Shown here piece after piece: positions 25,149 through 34,305 of a DNA stretch of 64,000 bases. Positions within the stretch are counted from its first letter, which is position 1, and every line of letters starts with the position of its first letter. The stretch is taken from the sequence record MW218148.1, one strand, 5' to 3'. The position numbers and the translations under genes are program-made. The notes below the pieces were generated by a model. That model was not told the DNA's origin. It did not search any database and was given only the letters and a program-made list of their open reading frames with translations.

Positions 25149-27278
25149 ATGAGTAAACAAATTTTAAACACAAGTTATTTGACAGAGGAAGAATTCAAAA
25201 AGGAAATAATGTGGTACAAAGAAGAGGTTAAAAAGAATTATCCAATTAAAAAGGAATATAGTAGAGATTTTCATAACAATGTAAATAGTTTATTTAAAGA
25301 AATTATAGAAACAATGAAAAACAATAGATTCATAGGAGAAGAAATTAGATTTGTATCATATGACTCAGACGATTACTATAATAACACTGTATATGTGGTT
25401 TATGAAATCATGGGTTATGCTTTCATAACATTGGTTAGTTCTAATGTATTTGATCTAGATGAATACAATTCTGTATTAGGTTTATTACATTTTATTAAGT
25501 CAAGCTTTATGGATAATTATAATATAGCTAGACTTTATCATGATAAAGATTATAGTTATCATAGAGCTTTAAATGTTATCTATGAAGATCATGGAGATAA
25601 TTTATTTGATCATATCATTGCCAATAAGCAGGATACTTTAGAAAAATATTCTGATAGATTACAAATGTTTGATGTTAATAAACCTTCATTTAGTGTTTAT
25701 TTAGAACAACCTGATAATGTTTTAATAGAATCTCTATTAAGCTCAAGACTATATCTTAATGAAATTAATGATGCCGACTTAATATTAGAGAACTATAAAG
25801 AAAGTAAGGTTGTTAATCCTTATGGGTTAGTTGCAACAAAAAGAAACGTATCACCAACTTACAACTATAGCCAGAAATCAGACTATCAATTATCAAATAC
25901 TTCGATGTATTACTCATCAAAAAATATAATATCACCAAATTATGATAAATATTTAGATATTGAAGGATTGGATCGCATTAATGTAACTGATATTGCTACA
26001 AATAAAATAAACAGTTCATTTAATCCTTTTAGATTAAACTTATTATCTCCATCAGGATATAATAAATTAGGTAATATAATGGTTATCTACATGTTATTAT
26101 CTGAGTTTGAAATTGAAAATTCAGAATCTTATATTGAAGATTTAGTTTCAGGATTGTTTACTAATTTTAAGAGTAAAGTTACCATTAATTCTAAAATGAC
26201 TGTAACAAGTACTGATTTGATCTCTAATAAGAGCGGTCAAGATAAGAGACTATTATATATGGACCTTCTTAATCAAGATGATGGTAGTTCATCAATTGTA
26301 TTATTCACATTAATTAATAATATGATTTACAACTACATTAATAACAATGACTTTGATTGGACTACAGCTAAGTTTGGATTATTAGACGTTATTAAATTTA
26401 ATTTAAAATCTCATAAATTAAAAGACTTCAGAAAAGAAGTTAAAGAAATTTATAAATTTAGAGTTAAGGATGTCAAATCTAAAGCTTATAAGAGAGATGA
26501 AGAATATAAGTATAAATCTTTCAAAGAAAGTGTTATGGCATATGTAGAAAAATTAGGTTTAAACAAATTAGTTAAAGATATTAATGACATATTAGGAGAT
26601 GAAGAGTTTATGAATAACGAAAAAGAATTAGGAATAACAGAATCACAAGTAGAAAAGTTCAACAGAAGATACGGTATGTTTAATGAAATCGATGAACAAG
26701 ATGAAAAAGATATTCATGAATACTTTGAAGAACTCAATAAAAATGAAGAGAAAAATGATAGTTCAGAAGATATTGACCCTAAAGTAGTTGACTTTATAAC
26801 TAGTGTAAATAGTGCTAGTGATTTAATTGCAGATAATAAAAATGATGAATACGAAGTTATTAAAGATAGTAAAATCTTCCAAGACATCACTTTTAAATAT
26901 GCAGGTCAAAAACATATTTTAACTAAAGTACCTAATTCAAAAGTTAAAGTAGAAATTAATAAGAAAAAACTTTTCATCAATTGTATTTTTGATGATGCAG
27001 AATTTAATTACTTTGTAAATTCTATTAAATTCATTGATAGCAGAAGAGTGGAGTTTACAAGTAATGAAGGGAAGTCAAAAATTGTGAATGATTATTACGA
27101 TATTCTTACAGGTGAGGAAAGCTTAAATGAAATTAGACCAACTAACGTAAGAAGAGGTTTAGACTATAATATTGACTTAATTAAGAATATCACTGGTCTA
27201 AGTAATATTTCTAAAGAAGGTAATAAAGTTTATCACAATGGTGAATTCCTATGTGAAGTAGAAGAATTAATGATTTAA
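25149..27278 (+). CDS. Hypothetical protein (709 aa, early)
   Basis: Long ORF with SD GGAGAG/AGGA; no recognisable motif. Confidence 0.75.
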   Translation: MSKQILNTSYLTEEEFKKEIMWYKEEVKKNYPIKKEYSRDFHNNVNSLFKEIIETMKNNRFIGEEIRFVSYDSDDYYNNTVYVVYEIMGYAFITLVSSNVFDLDEYNSVLGLLHFIKSSFMDNYNIARLYHDKDYSYHRALNVIYEDHGDNLFDHIIANKQDTLEKYSDRLQMFDVNKPSFSVYLEQPDNVLIESLLSSRLYLNEINDADLILENYKESKVVNPYGLVATKRNVSPTYNYSQKSDYQLSNTSMYYSSKNIISPNYDKYLDIEGLDRINVTDIATNKINSSFNPFRLNLLSPSGYNKLGNIMVIYMLLSEFEIENSESYIEDLVSGLFTNFKSKVTINSKMTVTSTDLISNKSGQDKRLLYMDLLNQDDGSSSIVLFTLINNMIYNYINNNDFDWTTAKFGLLDVIKFNLKSHKLKDFRKEVKEIYKFRVKDVKSKAYKRDEEYKYKSFKESVMAYVEKLGLNKLVKDINDILGDEEFMNNEKELGITESQVEKFNRRYGMFNEIDEQDEKDIHEYFEELNKNEEKNDSSEDIDPKVVDFITSVNSASDLIADNKNDEYEVIKDSKIFQDITFKYAGQKHILTKVPNSKVKVEINKKKLFINCIFDDAEFNYFVNSIKFIDSRRVEFTSNEGKSKIVNDYYDILTGEESLNEIRPTNVRRGLDYNIDLIKNITGLSNISKEGNKVYHNGEFLCEVEELMI

Positions 27279-27316
27279 AATTATTTTAACATCATTAAAT
27301 AACGTTTAAATTATCA

Positions 27317-27350
27317 ATAGGTGTCTTAATAAAGGCACCTATTTTTTTTT
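27317..27350 (+). terminator. Terminator
   Basis: ATAGGTGTCTT / AAGGCACCTAT stem with a long T run. Confidence 0.75.
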
Positions 27351-27367
27351 TGGAGGGATGGATAAAA

Positions 27368-27985
27368 TTGATAGATTTTAATAAACATATAAATAATGAC
27401 GTTAGGAACATAGAAATTTATTGTGATGGAGCAATAAAAGGCGTTAGATCAAAAGGAACTAAATATGGAGGTATTGGTATTATTCCTGTCCAAGAAGATT
27501 TATTTGATTATCTATCTATACCTTACATAGGAGAAGATCTAACTAATAATAGATTAGAAATGTTGGCTGTAATATTCACTATATTATTCTCATTAGAAGT
27601 TTCTCAAGATTATAAAGGTAAAACAAATATTAATATAAAGTCTGATAGTGAATATACTGTTGATGGTTATAATATAAATTTAGATAATTGGATAATACAA
27701 GGTTGGAAGAACTCTTCAGGTGCTGACGTTAAGAACAAAGAATTGTGGAAGTTAATTGAAAGAGTTAAATGTTATTTAAATAGAAACAGAAATAAATATT
27801 ATGTAAATTTACAATGGACTAAAGGACATGATAAGGAAAAATATAATGAATTATCAGACGAATATGCAGTTAAAGCTAAAATGGAAGCATATGAAAACAA
27901 TGAATCTGCCTTTACTATGACCTATGCTATAGAAAAAGCTGAGTCATTCATAAATAAATTAGAAGAAAGAGAGAAGATGAGTTAA
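27368..27985 (+). CDS. rnhA: Ribonuclease HI
   Basis: IYCDGA, TNNRLEMLAV, IKSDSEY, VKNKELW, WTKGH, NELSDEYA. TTG at 27368 sits best behind SD GGAGGG (track start 27350). Confidence 0.92.
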   Translation: MIDFNKHINNDVRNIEIYCDGAIKGVRSKGTKYGGIGIIPVQEDLFDYLSIPYIGEDLTNNRLEMLAVIFTILFSLEVSQDYKGKTNINIKSDSEYTVDGYNINLDNWIIQGWKNSSGADVKNKELWKLIERVKCYLNRNRNKYYVNLQWTKGHDKEKYNELSDEYAVKAKMEAYENNESAFTMTYAIEKAESFINKLEEREKMS

Positions 27986-28546
27986 ATGACTACAAGAATA
28001 GATTTTAACAATGAAGAAGAATATGAAGAATTCTTAGACATAAATGAATGGAATAGATTATGTATGGATTTCTGTATTAGATCATCTAGCATTAGTAAAT
28101 GTGCTGCTCGAAAAGTTAGTTCTATTATAGCAGATAAAGATTCAATATACTCTTTAGGAGTTAATGGTACTTTTCCGGGTAAATTAAATTGTAATGATAT
28201 ATTTAAAAAAGAAGATGGAGTATGGTACATCAAAGACATTAATGAAGAAACAAACCTTTTAGAATGGATGAAATGTGAGGATCAAGAATCTCATCATAAA
28301 TGGTCTTTATTAAATGAGGTTCATGCTGAGATAAATGCTCTATCTAAAATGAATAAAAAAGGAATCTCAACTAAAAATCTTGATTTATATTGTACCCATT
28401 CACCTTGTTATAATTGTGCCAAAAGTATAATTGCTGCTGGTATTAAAAACGTTTATTATAATGAATTATATGATGGATATGAAGACGTAATGGATCTTTT
28501 AACATCTAACGGAATTAACTTTATTAAGATTGAAGTGGGTGAATAA
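27986..28546 (+). CDS. dCMP deaminase
   Basis: C....V.S.I...GVNG, HAEINAL, SPCYNCAKSII Zn-deaminase motifs. Confidence 0.92.
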   Translation: MTTRIDFNNEEEYEEFLDINEWNRLCMDFCIRSSSISKCAARKVSSIIADKDSIYSLGVNGTFPGKLNCNDIFKKEDGVWYIKDINEETNLLEWMKCEDQESHHKWSLLNEVHAEINALSKMNKKGISTKNLDLYCTHSPCYNCAKSIIAAGIKNVYYNELYDGYEDVMDLLTSNGINFIKIEVGE

Positions 28547-28548
28547 AA

Positions 28549-28782
28549 TTGATGATTGCTGTAGATATACTTAATTATATAGTTGTTTTATTTGTAGCTT
28601 ATGTAATAATATATACACTCTTTTATATATTAAAAATGTATAAATTAGATAAAAAATTAAAAGAAGAAACGTATATGTTAGAAAAGAAATTAGAAGAAGA
28701 AAATATTAGATTTTATAAAAGAAGTAGATTTAACCAAATGAGATCTGGACATAGAAAGAAAAGAAGTGATATGAATGCATAG
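28549..28782 (+). CDS. Small membrane protein
   Basis: N-terminal hydrophobic helix followed by a basic tail. Confidence 0.6.
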   Translation: MMIAVDILNYIVVLFVAYVIIYTLFYILKMYKLDKKLKEETYMLEKKLEEENIRFYKRSRFNQMRSGHRKKRSDMNA

Positions 28783-29263
28783 TATAGATTTACTTTTAAT
28801 AATTACATCTTTATTATTTTTATCTACACTATTATTTGTATTTTTAACTTTCTACTTCAGAAATAAGTTTATTAAAGCTTCAAAATTAAATTCTCAGTAT
28901 CAAAATAAGATATCCATATTGGAAAAACAATCTACTGGTAAAGACATACTAGATTCATTAGAAGCTATGATTGATGAGTTTCTAAAACCTACTTATGATT
29001 TAACTATAGAAGAAACTTATATGGATCTTAAGTTAGATAATCCTTCAGTGGCAAATAGAAATATCTCTATATCAGAACAAAGAAAGAATATTATACTGGA
29101 AGATGCTTATAATAAATTTATGCATTATTTATCTGATGACTTCAGGAATAAACTGTCTCTAGTTTATAAGAATGATGAGATTGAAAATATAATACTTGAT
29201 ATTATGTACTACAAATTAACTATATACGTTAAAGAAAGAAATGAGCTACAAAAAAATTCTTAA
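28775..29263 (+). CDS. Membrane-anchored hypothetical protein
   Basis: LLLIITSLLFLSTLLFVFLTFYF N-terminal transmembrane segment, helical remainder. Confidence 0.65.
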   Translation: MHSIDLLLIITSLLFLSTLLFVFLTFYFRNKFIKASKLNSQYQNKISILEKQSTGKDILDSLEAMIDEFLKPTYDLTIEETYMDLKLDNPSVANRNISISEQRKNIILEDAYNKFMHYLSDDFRNKLSLVYKNDEIENIILDIMYYKLTIYVKERNELQKNS

Positions 29264-29267
29264 TTAT

Positions 29268-29314
29268 ATCCCCTAACCTTATTAATTTAAGGTTAGGGGA
29301 ATTTTATTTTTTTT
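29268..29314. terminator. Bidirectional terminator, ATTAATTT-loop family
   Basis: Identical over about 50 nt to the element at 2030-2080. Confidence 0.8.
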
Positions 29315-30082
29315 TTATAATAATACATTTATTAAATCTGTTAAGAATCTTAATTGATTTTTGTATGAAAGATATTCTGCTTTTATATCTTCTTCTAGAT
29401 CATCTTCTACATACATTTCCATAGAATCCATTTCAATAATATATTTATTCTCAATAATATCTTTATAATAACCTATAGGTAAATTATTAGTAACTAAATT
29501 ATCTTTAAATATAAGTAGTTTCTTGTATAAGTCAGTTTTATCTTTCTTTTTATCTTCCCACAGACATTCTGTTAGAAATTTAAATAAATAATTTTTATGA
29601 TGTTCTTTGACTTCACTTGAATAACCTTTTATGTCCATTTCATCTTTATATAAATTAATATAGTGTTCTTTATCCAATATATTAATGTAATTATCATATT
29701 CTTTACTTTCTACAAATCTAACATTTTTAGAAATATTTAAGTTATTACATTTTTTACCAATAACAAATATAGCATCTTTTTTAATACTAAGAATATCACT
29801 ATCATTAAGATTATTACTTTCGATAAATATCTTTCTAGCTATCTTAAATCCATTCATTAAAACTTCATTCATTTTTTTATTGTTTCTCAACATTTTACCA
29901 ATAATAACATTTCTTTCATATTTAGAAGTATTCTTTAATTTGTTATATTGCTCTTCATTAAAATAACCAGAATCAAATAATATATTCATACCAGCTGATT
30001 TAATATCATATTCAGTAATTACAGTATCTTTAATATATCTTACGTCTGATGTGTAATTAGTTTTCATGTATAAATTAGACAC
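29315..30082 (-). CDS. Small DNA-polymerase-palm-like protein (divergent PolB-type)
   Basis: EYDIKSAG (motif A-like D..S), R...IG helix, ILSIKKDAIFV (motif C-like). Assignment is from pattern recall. Confidence 0.4.
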   Translation of the reverse strand: MSNLYMKTNYTSDVRYIKDTVITEYDIKSAGMNILFDSGYFNEEQYNKLKNTSKYERNVIIGKMLRNNKKMNEVLMNGFKIARKIFIESNNLNDSDILSIKKDAIFVIGKKCNNLNISKNVRFVESKEYDNYINILDKEHYINLYKDEMDIKGYSSEVKEHHKNYLFKFLTECLWEDKKKDKTDLYKKLLIFKDNLVTNNLPIGYYKDIIENKYIIEMDSMEMYVEDDLEEDIKAEYLSYKNQLRFLTDLINVLL

Positions 30083-30153
30083 TGCAATTACCTCCTCTAT
30101 AATATTTTAATAAACCAATTACTATTTAAAAATACATTAGCTAAGTAATTAAT

Positions 30154-30288
30154 TTATAATCCTCCTATATAATCATCGCCAGCCTCTTTACTAATTTCAT
30201 ATTCTCTCTCAATATCTTCTTCTGATTTACCTTGTAATCCTTCTGCAACTTCACCATCTTCATCAAATAAAAAATCTAAAAATTTCAT
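30154..30288 (-). CDS. Unlisted 44-aa acidic peptide
   Basis: Strong SD GAGGAGG before ATG; MKFLDFLFDEDGEVAEGLQGKSEEDIEREYEISKEAGDDYIGGL. Confidence 0.65.
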   Translation of the reverse strand: MKFLDFLFDEDGEVAEGLQGKSEEDIEREYEISKEAGDDYIGGL

Positions 30289-30346
30289 TATAAAACCTCC
30301 TCAAATAATTATTTTCGTAAATTTTATGCTATTCTTTTATAGTATT

Positions 30347-30907
30347 TTAATTCTTAACAAAGTTATGTTTCATCAATGTCTTAATAAATTCTTTATTAGT
30401 TAACCAGTCACCAGTATTATTAACTACTTCAAGATCAGTTGCTTCATCTAAATCTTTCTTTTCTTTCTCTAAATCTTCTCTATTTCTTCCTTCACGTTTA
30501 ACTTGATTCTTTTCATTAACTACTTGAATAGTAATAATGTCAGAATCTTCACCATATTTCTCTTTAATATCTCTTACAGAAGCATCTCTACCTTCTCTAT
30601 TTACAATAATAATATTTACATTATAAATACCATTTTGCGGATATTCTAAACTTTGATCAATTGTACCGTAATAATTTTCGTAGAAATTAGTCTTAGCTAT
30701 TAAATTACCTTTCATATCATCATATTCTTCTTTATTTAAGAATACATAATCTACACCGTTTACTTCATCTTCTCTTCTTTCTCTAGTTGTTACTTGATCT
30801 AACTTCTTGAAGAATAAGTGCGGATAATCTTTCTGATCCGATAAGTTATTTGCTAAAACTGTTTTACCTGAACCTGATACACCACATAATAATATAAATT
30901 TTTTCAT
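30347..30907 (-). CDS. gmk: Guanylate-kinase-like (d)NMP kinase
   Basis: P-loop GVSGSGKT, VTTRERREDEVNGVDYVFL, ENYYGT. Confidence 0.85.
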   Translation of the reverse strand: MKKFILLCGVSGSGKTVLANNLSDQKDYPHLFFKKLDQVTTRERREDEVNGVDYVFLNKEEYDDMKGNLIAKTNFYENYYGTIDQSLEYPQNGIYNVNIIIVNREGRDASVRDIKEKYGEDSDIITIQVVNEKNQVKREGRNREDLEKEKKDLDEATDLEVVNNTGDWLTNKEFIKTLMKHNFVKN

Positions 30908-30981
30908 AAAAGAAGAACCTCCAAATTTTATTATCTAATATTATTTGGTTTTCTACATTTTTTAGAAAAATTTGTTATAAA

Positions 30982-31725
30982 CTATGAACGAATTCCATCT
31001 TTTTCTCTTAATTTATCTATTAATGTAATAAATTCATTGTATTTTTTATCTAATATTTTAATGTAGTTATACTCTGAATTAGATGCAACTTCATCTTTTT
31101 TCTTTTCTTTAAGTTCATCACGTTTTTGGTAGTGATTATTTTTCCCTTTAATTTCAACTAATAGGTTAAAATCAGGTAAGTAGAAGTCAGGCATATAAAA
31201 ATGATCTTTGTTTGCAAATTTATAAGGAATAACTATATTAGATGGTGATAAAACATTATTAGACTTAAAGTCCATTTGTTTGTCTAAGAATTCTAAAAAG
31301 TCTTTTTCATAAGAACCCACATAAGGAGTAGGTAAACCTTTACCTGAAGACCAATGATACTTTCCAGATATTTTTCTATTAGCTAACATTTTATTTTGCA
31401 TATCAGGATCATTTAATAAAGTCGTCTTACCGTACTTTTTATTCATTCTTTCTTTAAATTGCTCTCTATATTTTTCCTTACAAATCTTATCATGTACTCT
31501 TTCATATTTTTCAGTTTTCTCATTAAATTTGGTAGGTTTTCCACATATGATACATGTACCATGAGTTTTTTTATTTCTAAAGTTAAAATAAACGTTAGCA
31601 GCAGATAAATTACCTAATTCTTTAGGATGACATTTTTCCATATGATTATATAATCCTTTTTTATCTACATATTTCTTAGGACAAAATGGACATTTATGAT
31701 ATTTTGTAGCCATTATTAATTTCAC
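30982..31725 (-). CDS. Zn-finger + TnsA-like PD-(D/E)XK endonuclease (head-completion-like)
   Basis: CPFC...LYNHMEKCH C2H2; CIICGK; GSYEKDFLEFLD...YMPDF, YLPDFNLLVEIKG; late promoter upstream. Confidence 0.65.
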   Translation of the reverse strand: MKLIMATKYHKCPFCPKKYVDKKGLYNHMEKCHPKELGNLSAANVYFNFRNKKTHGTCIICGKPTKFNEKTEKYERVHDKICKEKYREQFKERMNKKYGKTTLLNDPDMQNKMLANRKISGKYHWSSGKGLPTPYVGSYEKDFLEFLDKQMDFKSNNVLSPSNIVIPYKFANKDHFYMPDFYLPDFNLLVEIKGKNNHYQKRDELKEKKKDEVASNSEYNYIKILDKKYNEFITLIDKLREKDGIRS

Positions 31726-31753
31726 CGTTCTTTCATATTGATATTATTTAGTA

Positions 31754-31765
31754 TAAATGCTTGTT
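31754..31765 (-). promoter_or_regulatory. Late promoter AACA-N6-TA
   Basis: AACA agcatt TA upstream of 31725. Confidence 0.65.
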
Positions 31766-31886
31766 TCTATAGTTTTAACATAAAAAATTAAGAGGCAGTT
31801 TATTTTGAAATATAATATTATATATTAATTTAATTGAAAGTCGGTGATATATTATCGCTACTAAGGGAAAACACTTTAGAAAAGAG

Positions 31887-32294
31887 ATGTTTCTAGCTCA
31901 GAATATCTATAACAAGCAACACATGTTAGAAGATATGGAAGCACTGGGTCAGACTATACAAAATCTTATTATAATGAAGAAAGGTACTTATCCTAATACC
32001 CCTAGTTTAGGAGTTGGAATAGAAGATTATTTATTTGAAATCTTAGATAACGAAACTATATCTGATATTACTAATAATATTAATACTCAGATAAGTCAGT
32101 TTATAGTATCAAATTCAGTTAATATAGACGTTAAAGTAATACAATTAAACAATAGTAATGCCAATTTAAATAGTCTAAAGATAGATGTTACATTAACGGA
32201 AACTAATGATAATTCTAAAAATCAAAGTTTCTCGTTTATATTTGCATCTAATTTATTAACTAAGAAAATGATTACTAAACTTGTTTTAGGATAA
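31887..32294 (+). CDS. Baseplate wedge protein, T4 gp25-like
   Basis: IQNLIIMKKGTYPNTPSLGVGIEDYLFE...I..QISQF, gp25/GPW pattern. Confidence 0.75.
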   Translation: MFLAQNIYNKQHMLEDMEALGQTIQNLIIMKKGTYPNTPSLGVGIEDYLFEILDNETISDITNNINTQISQFIVSNSVNIDVKVIQLNNSNANLNSLKIDVTLTETNDNSKNQSFSFIFASNLLTKKMITKLVLG

Positions 32295-32331
32295 ATAAAA
32301 TTAAAAGAAAAAGAATGGAGAGTAAATTTTA

Positions 32332-33693
32332 ATGGTAAAAAAAGCAGATAACCAAGAACTAAACGATTTTATGTCAGATGAAGAATTAAAAGAAATCGAT
32401 GCAAGTCCTTCAGAGGAAAATGTTAAAAAAGAAACTCAAAATAAACAAGGTCAAAATAATAATAATAAAAAGAGAAATAACAACAACCGTAGAAGAAATA
32501 ACAACAAACAAAATCAAAATAATAAAAAATCAGCTATTCCTACACAAAGAAACAAAGAGGAAGTTAAGAAAGAAGAACCTAAGAAACAAGCTCCTAAAGA
32601 TACTTCTGAAATGACTCTTTCTGATTTTGAAGACTATCAAAAAGAAGAGGCTAAAAAAGGTAAAGAAAGAGAAGAATATTTAAAAGGTCTTGAACAAATT
32701 GGAAGTAATGAAAGATCAAATTTATTAAATAATATTAGTGTAGATTTAGATAATATTGAATTAATTTCTGATATTGATTATGATATTGATAAAGAAAATA
32801 CTAATTTTGTATTAAACAGTAAAGCAACTCATCAAGTTGTATTACCTCAATCTTCATATATTGCACATATGGAAAGTTTACGTAACCAAGAAATTCTTTC
32901 TATTGCAGAATCAATTGATGATGATTACAATGCAATGTTAAAACGTTACCAATTATATTTCCATAAAATGAATACGAATTCATTAGGTATTACTAACTTC
33001 CAAGATTTTGCTAAATTAACTTCAGTATACGATGTTAGTACTATTGAATATGGATTATATAATATCTCATTCCCAGGTGAAACTAAATTTGATATTCAAT
33101 GTGGATCATGTAAATCTAAATTAAAAGATGTTAAAATCTCTAATGATCAATTAATGTCATTTAAAGATGAAGAAGTATTTGAACATGTAACTAAAAATGT
33201 TAAAAATATCACTACTATTGAAGAAAGTAAAGAACACTCATTAATTTATAGTGAAAAACGTATAATCTTAGCTGACTCTAAAATTATCTTTGAAATTGTT
33301 ACACCTACTGTTGAAAAACACTTAAGTGTATTAGGTAGTATCCATACAGATGGTTTATCTGAAGAAGAGTCTGAAAGATTTAAACAAAATGCTACAGCTT
33401 TAATGCATGTTAAAAATGTATACATTCCTGACTTGAAATCACTTAAAGAAGAAGGTAAAGCTAAATATCGTATGCTACCTGAATCAAATATGAAGGATAA
33501 AATGAAAGTAATTGAAAATCTTTCTATCCGTGATGGACATCAGTTAACAGATGCTATATTTGATAGAGTTAATAAAAATGCTATTGAATACGCTATCAAA
33601 GGAGCTAAATGTCCTAAATGTGAAAACGATCTAGGAAAAATTGATATTGATATGAGTGAAATGCTTTTTCGGGAAGCGCTGCATTTGGTTTAG
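32332..33693 (+). CDS. Tail/baseplate hub assembly chaperone (T4 gp26-like), disordered N-terminus
   Basis: SFPGETKFDIQCGSCK and AKCPKCENDLGKIDIDMSEMLF Zn pairs; follows gp25; ends at a slippery CTTTTTC. Confidence 0.6.
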   Translation: MVKKADNQELNDFMSDEELKEIDASPSEENVKKETQNKQGQNNNNKKRNNNNRRRNNNKQNQNNKKSAIPTQRNKEEVKKEEPKKQAPKDTSEMTLSDFEDYQKEEAKKGKEREEYLKGLEQIGSNERSNLLNNISVDLDNIELISDIDYDIDKENTNFVLNSKATHQVVLPQSSYIAHMESLRNQEILSIAESIDDDYNAMLKRYQLYFHKMNTNSLGITNFQDFAKLTSVYDVSTIEYGLYNISFPGETKFDIQCGSCKSKLKDVKISNDQLMSFKDEEVFEHVTKNVKNITTIEESKEHSLIYSEKRIILADSKIIFEIVTPTVEKHLSVLGSIHTDGLSEEESERFKQNATALMHVKNVYIPDLKSLKEEGKAKYRMLPESNMKDKMKVIENLSIRDGHQLTDAIFDRVNKNAIEYAIKGAKCPKCENDLGKIDIDMSEMLFREALHLV

Positions 33694-33965
33694 TCACAAC
33701 CACGAACAGCAAGCAGTATAAAAAGAAGGTTTATGACGATGCAGCGTATATAGCATATCTGCTTGATTTATTTGAAGGACGTTTATCTTTTAATGAAATT
33801 CTTAATATGGAATTGAATATTCTTAACTCTATGGTTAGAGCTAAAGAAAAAGAAATGAAAAATAAACGTATGCAACAGAAAAAGATAGAATCTGCTCAAA
33901 GAAGGAATTTCGATAATGGAATGCCTAAAACTGAATTACCTAGACACTTAAATCCAGGTGGTTAA
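33660..33965 (+). CDS. Unlisted -1-frame extension (gp51/GT-like), probably reached by frameshift
   Basis: About 101 open codons in the -1 frame, YLLDLFEGRLSFNEILNMELNILNSMVRAKEKE..., with no start codon until 33807. Confidence 0.6.
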   Translation, partial: NAFSGSAAFGLVTTTNSKQYKKKVYDDAAYIAYLLDLFEGRLSFNEILNMELNILNSMVRAKEKEMKNKRMQQKKIESAQRRNFDNGMPKTELPRHLNPGG

Positions 33966-33997
33966 TAAAAAAGAAAATGAAAGGAGCTGACTATTGA

Positions 33998-34291
33998 TTG
34001 GTTAATAACACTAAAGATAGTCAGAAGATCCTTCATATTTATGATTCTCTTGTTGAAGGTGATGAGAACCTAATATCATCTCTATGTCATTCAGAAAAAG
34101 GTTTACTTTTTGTAAACCTTTTGTTTGATGTAGATTATAAAGTTAAAGAAGGATTTTCTAAAAACTATAATGAATTTGATTACGTCATTTTAGAAACAGA
34201 AGATAAAGAAAAATTAAAAGAAAAAGTTTCATATATAAAAAATTTAAAAATTGAAGACAACAAAAATAGTATAAGAATTTCAATCGTATAA
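33998..34291 (+). CDS. Hypothetical protein
   Basis: 97-aa ORF with SD AAAGGAG. Confidence 0.65.
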   Translation: MVNNTKDSQKILHIYDSLVEGDENLISSLCHSEKGLLFVNLLFDVDYKVKEGFSKNYNEFDYVILETEDKEKLKEKVSYIKNLKIEDNKNSIRISIV

Positions 34292-34305
34292 AGTGAGGTA
34301 CAACT

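Noticed and set aside
28549-29263. Holin or spanin call for the two membrane proteins
   Set aside because: Single N-terminal helices, far from the lysins, within a nucleotide-metabolism cluster with no late motif upstream.
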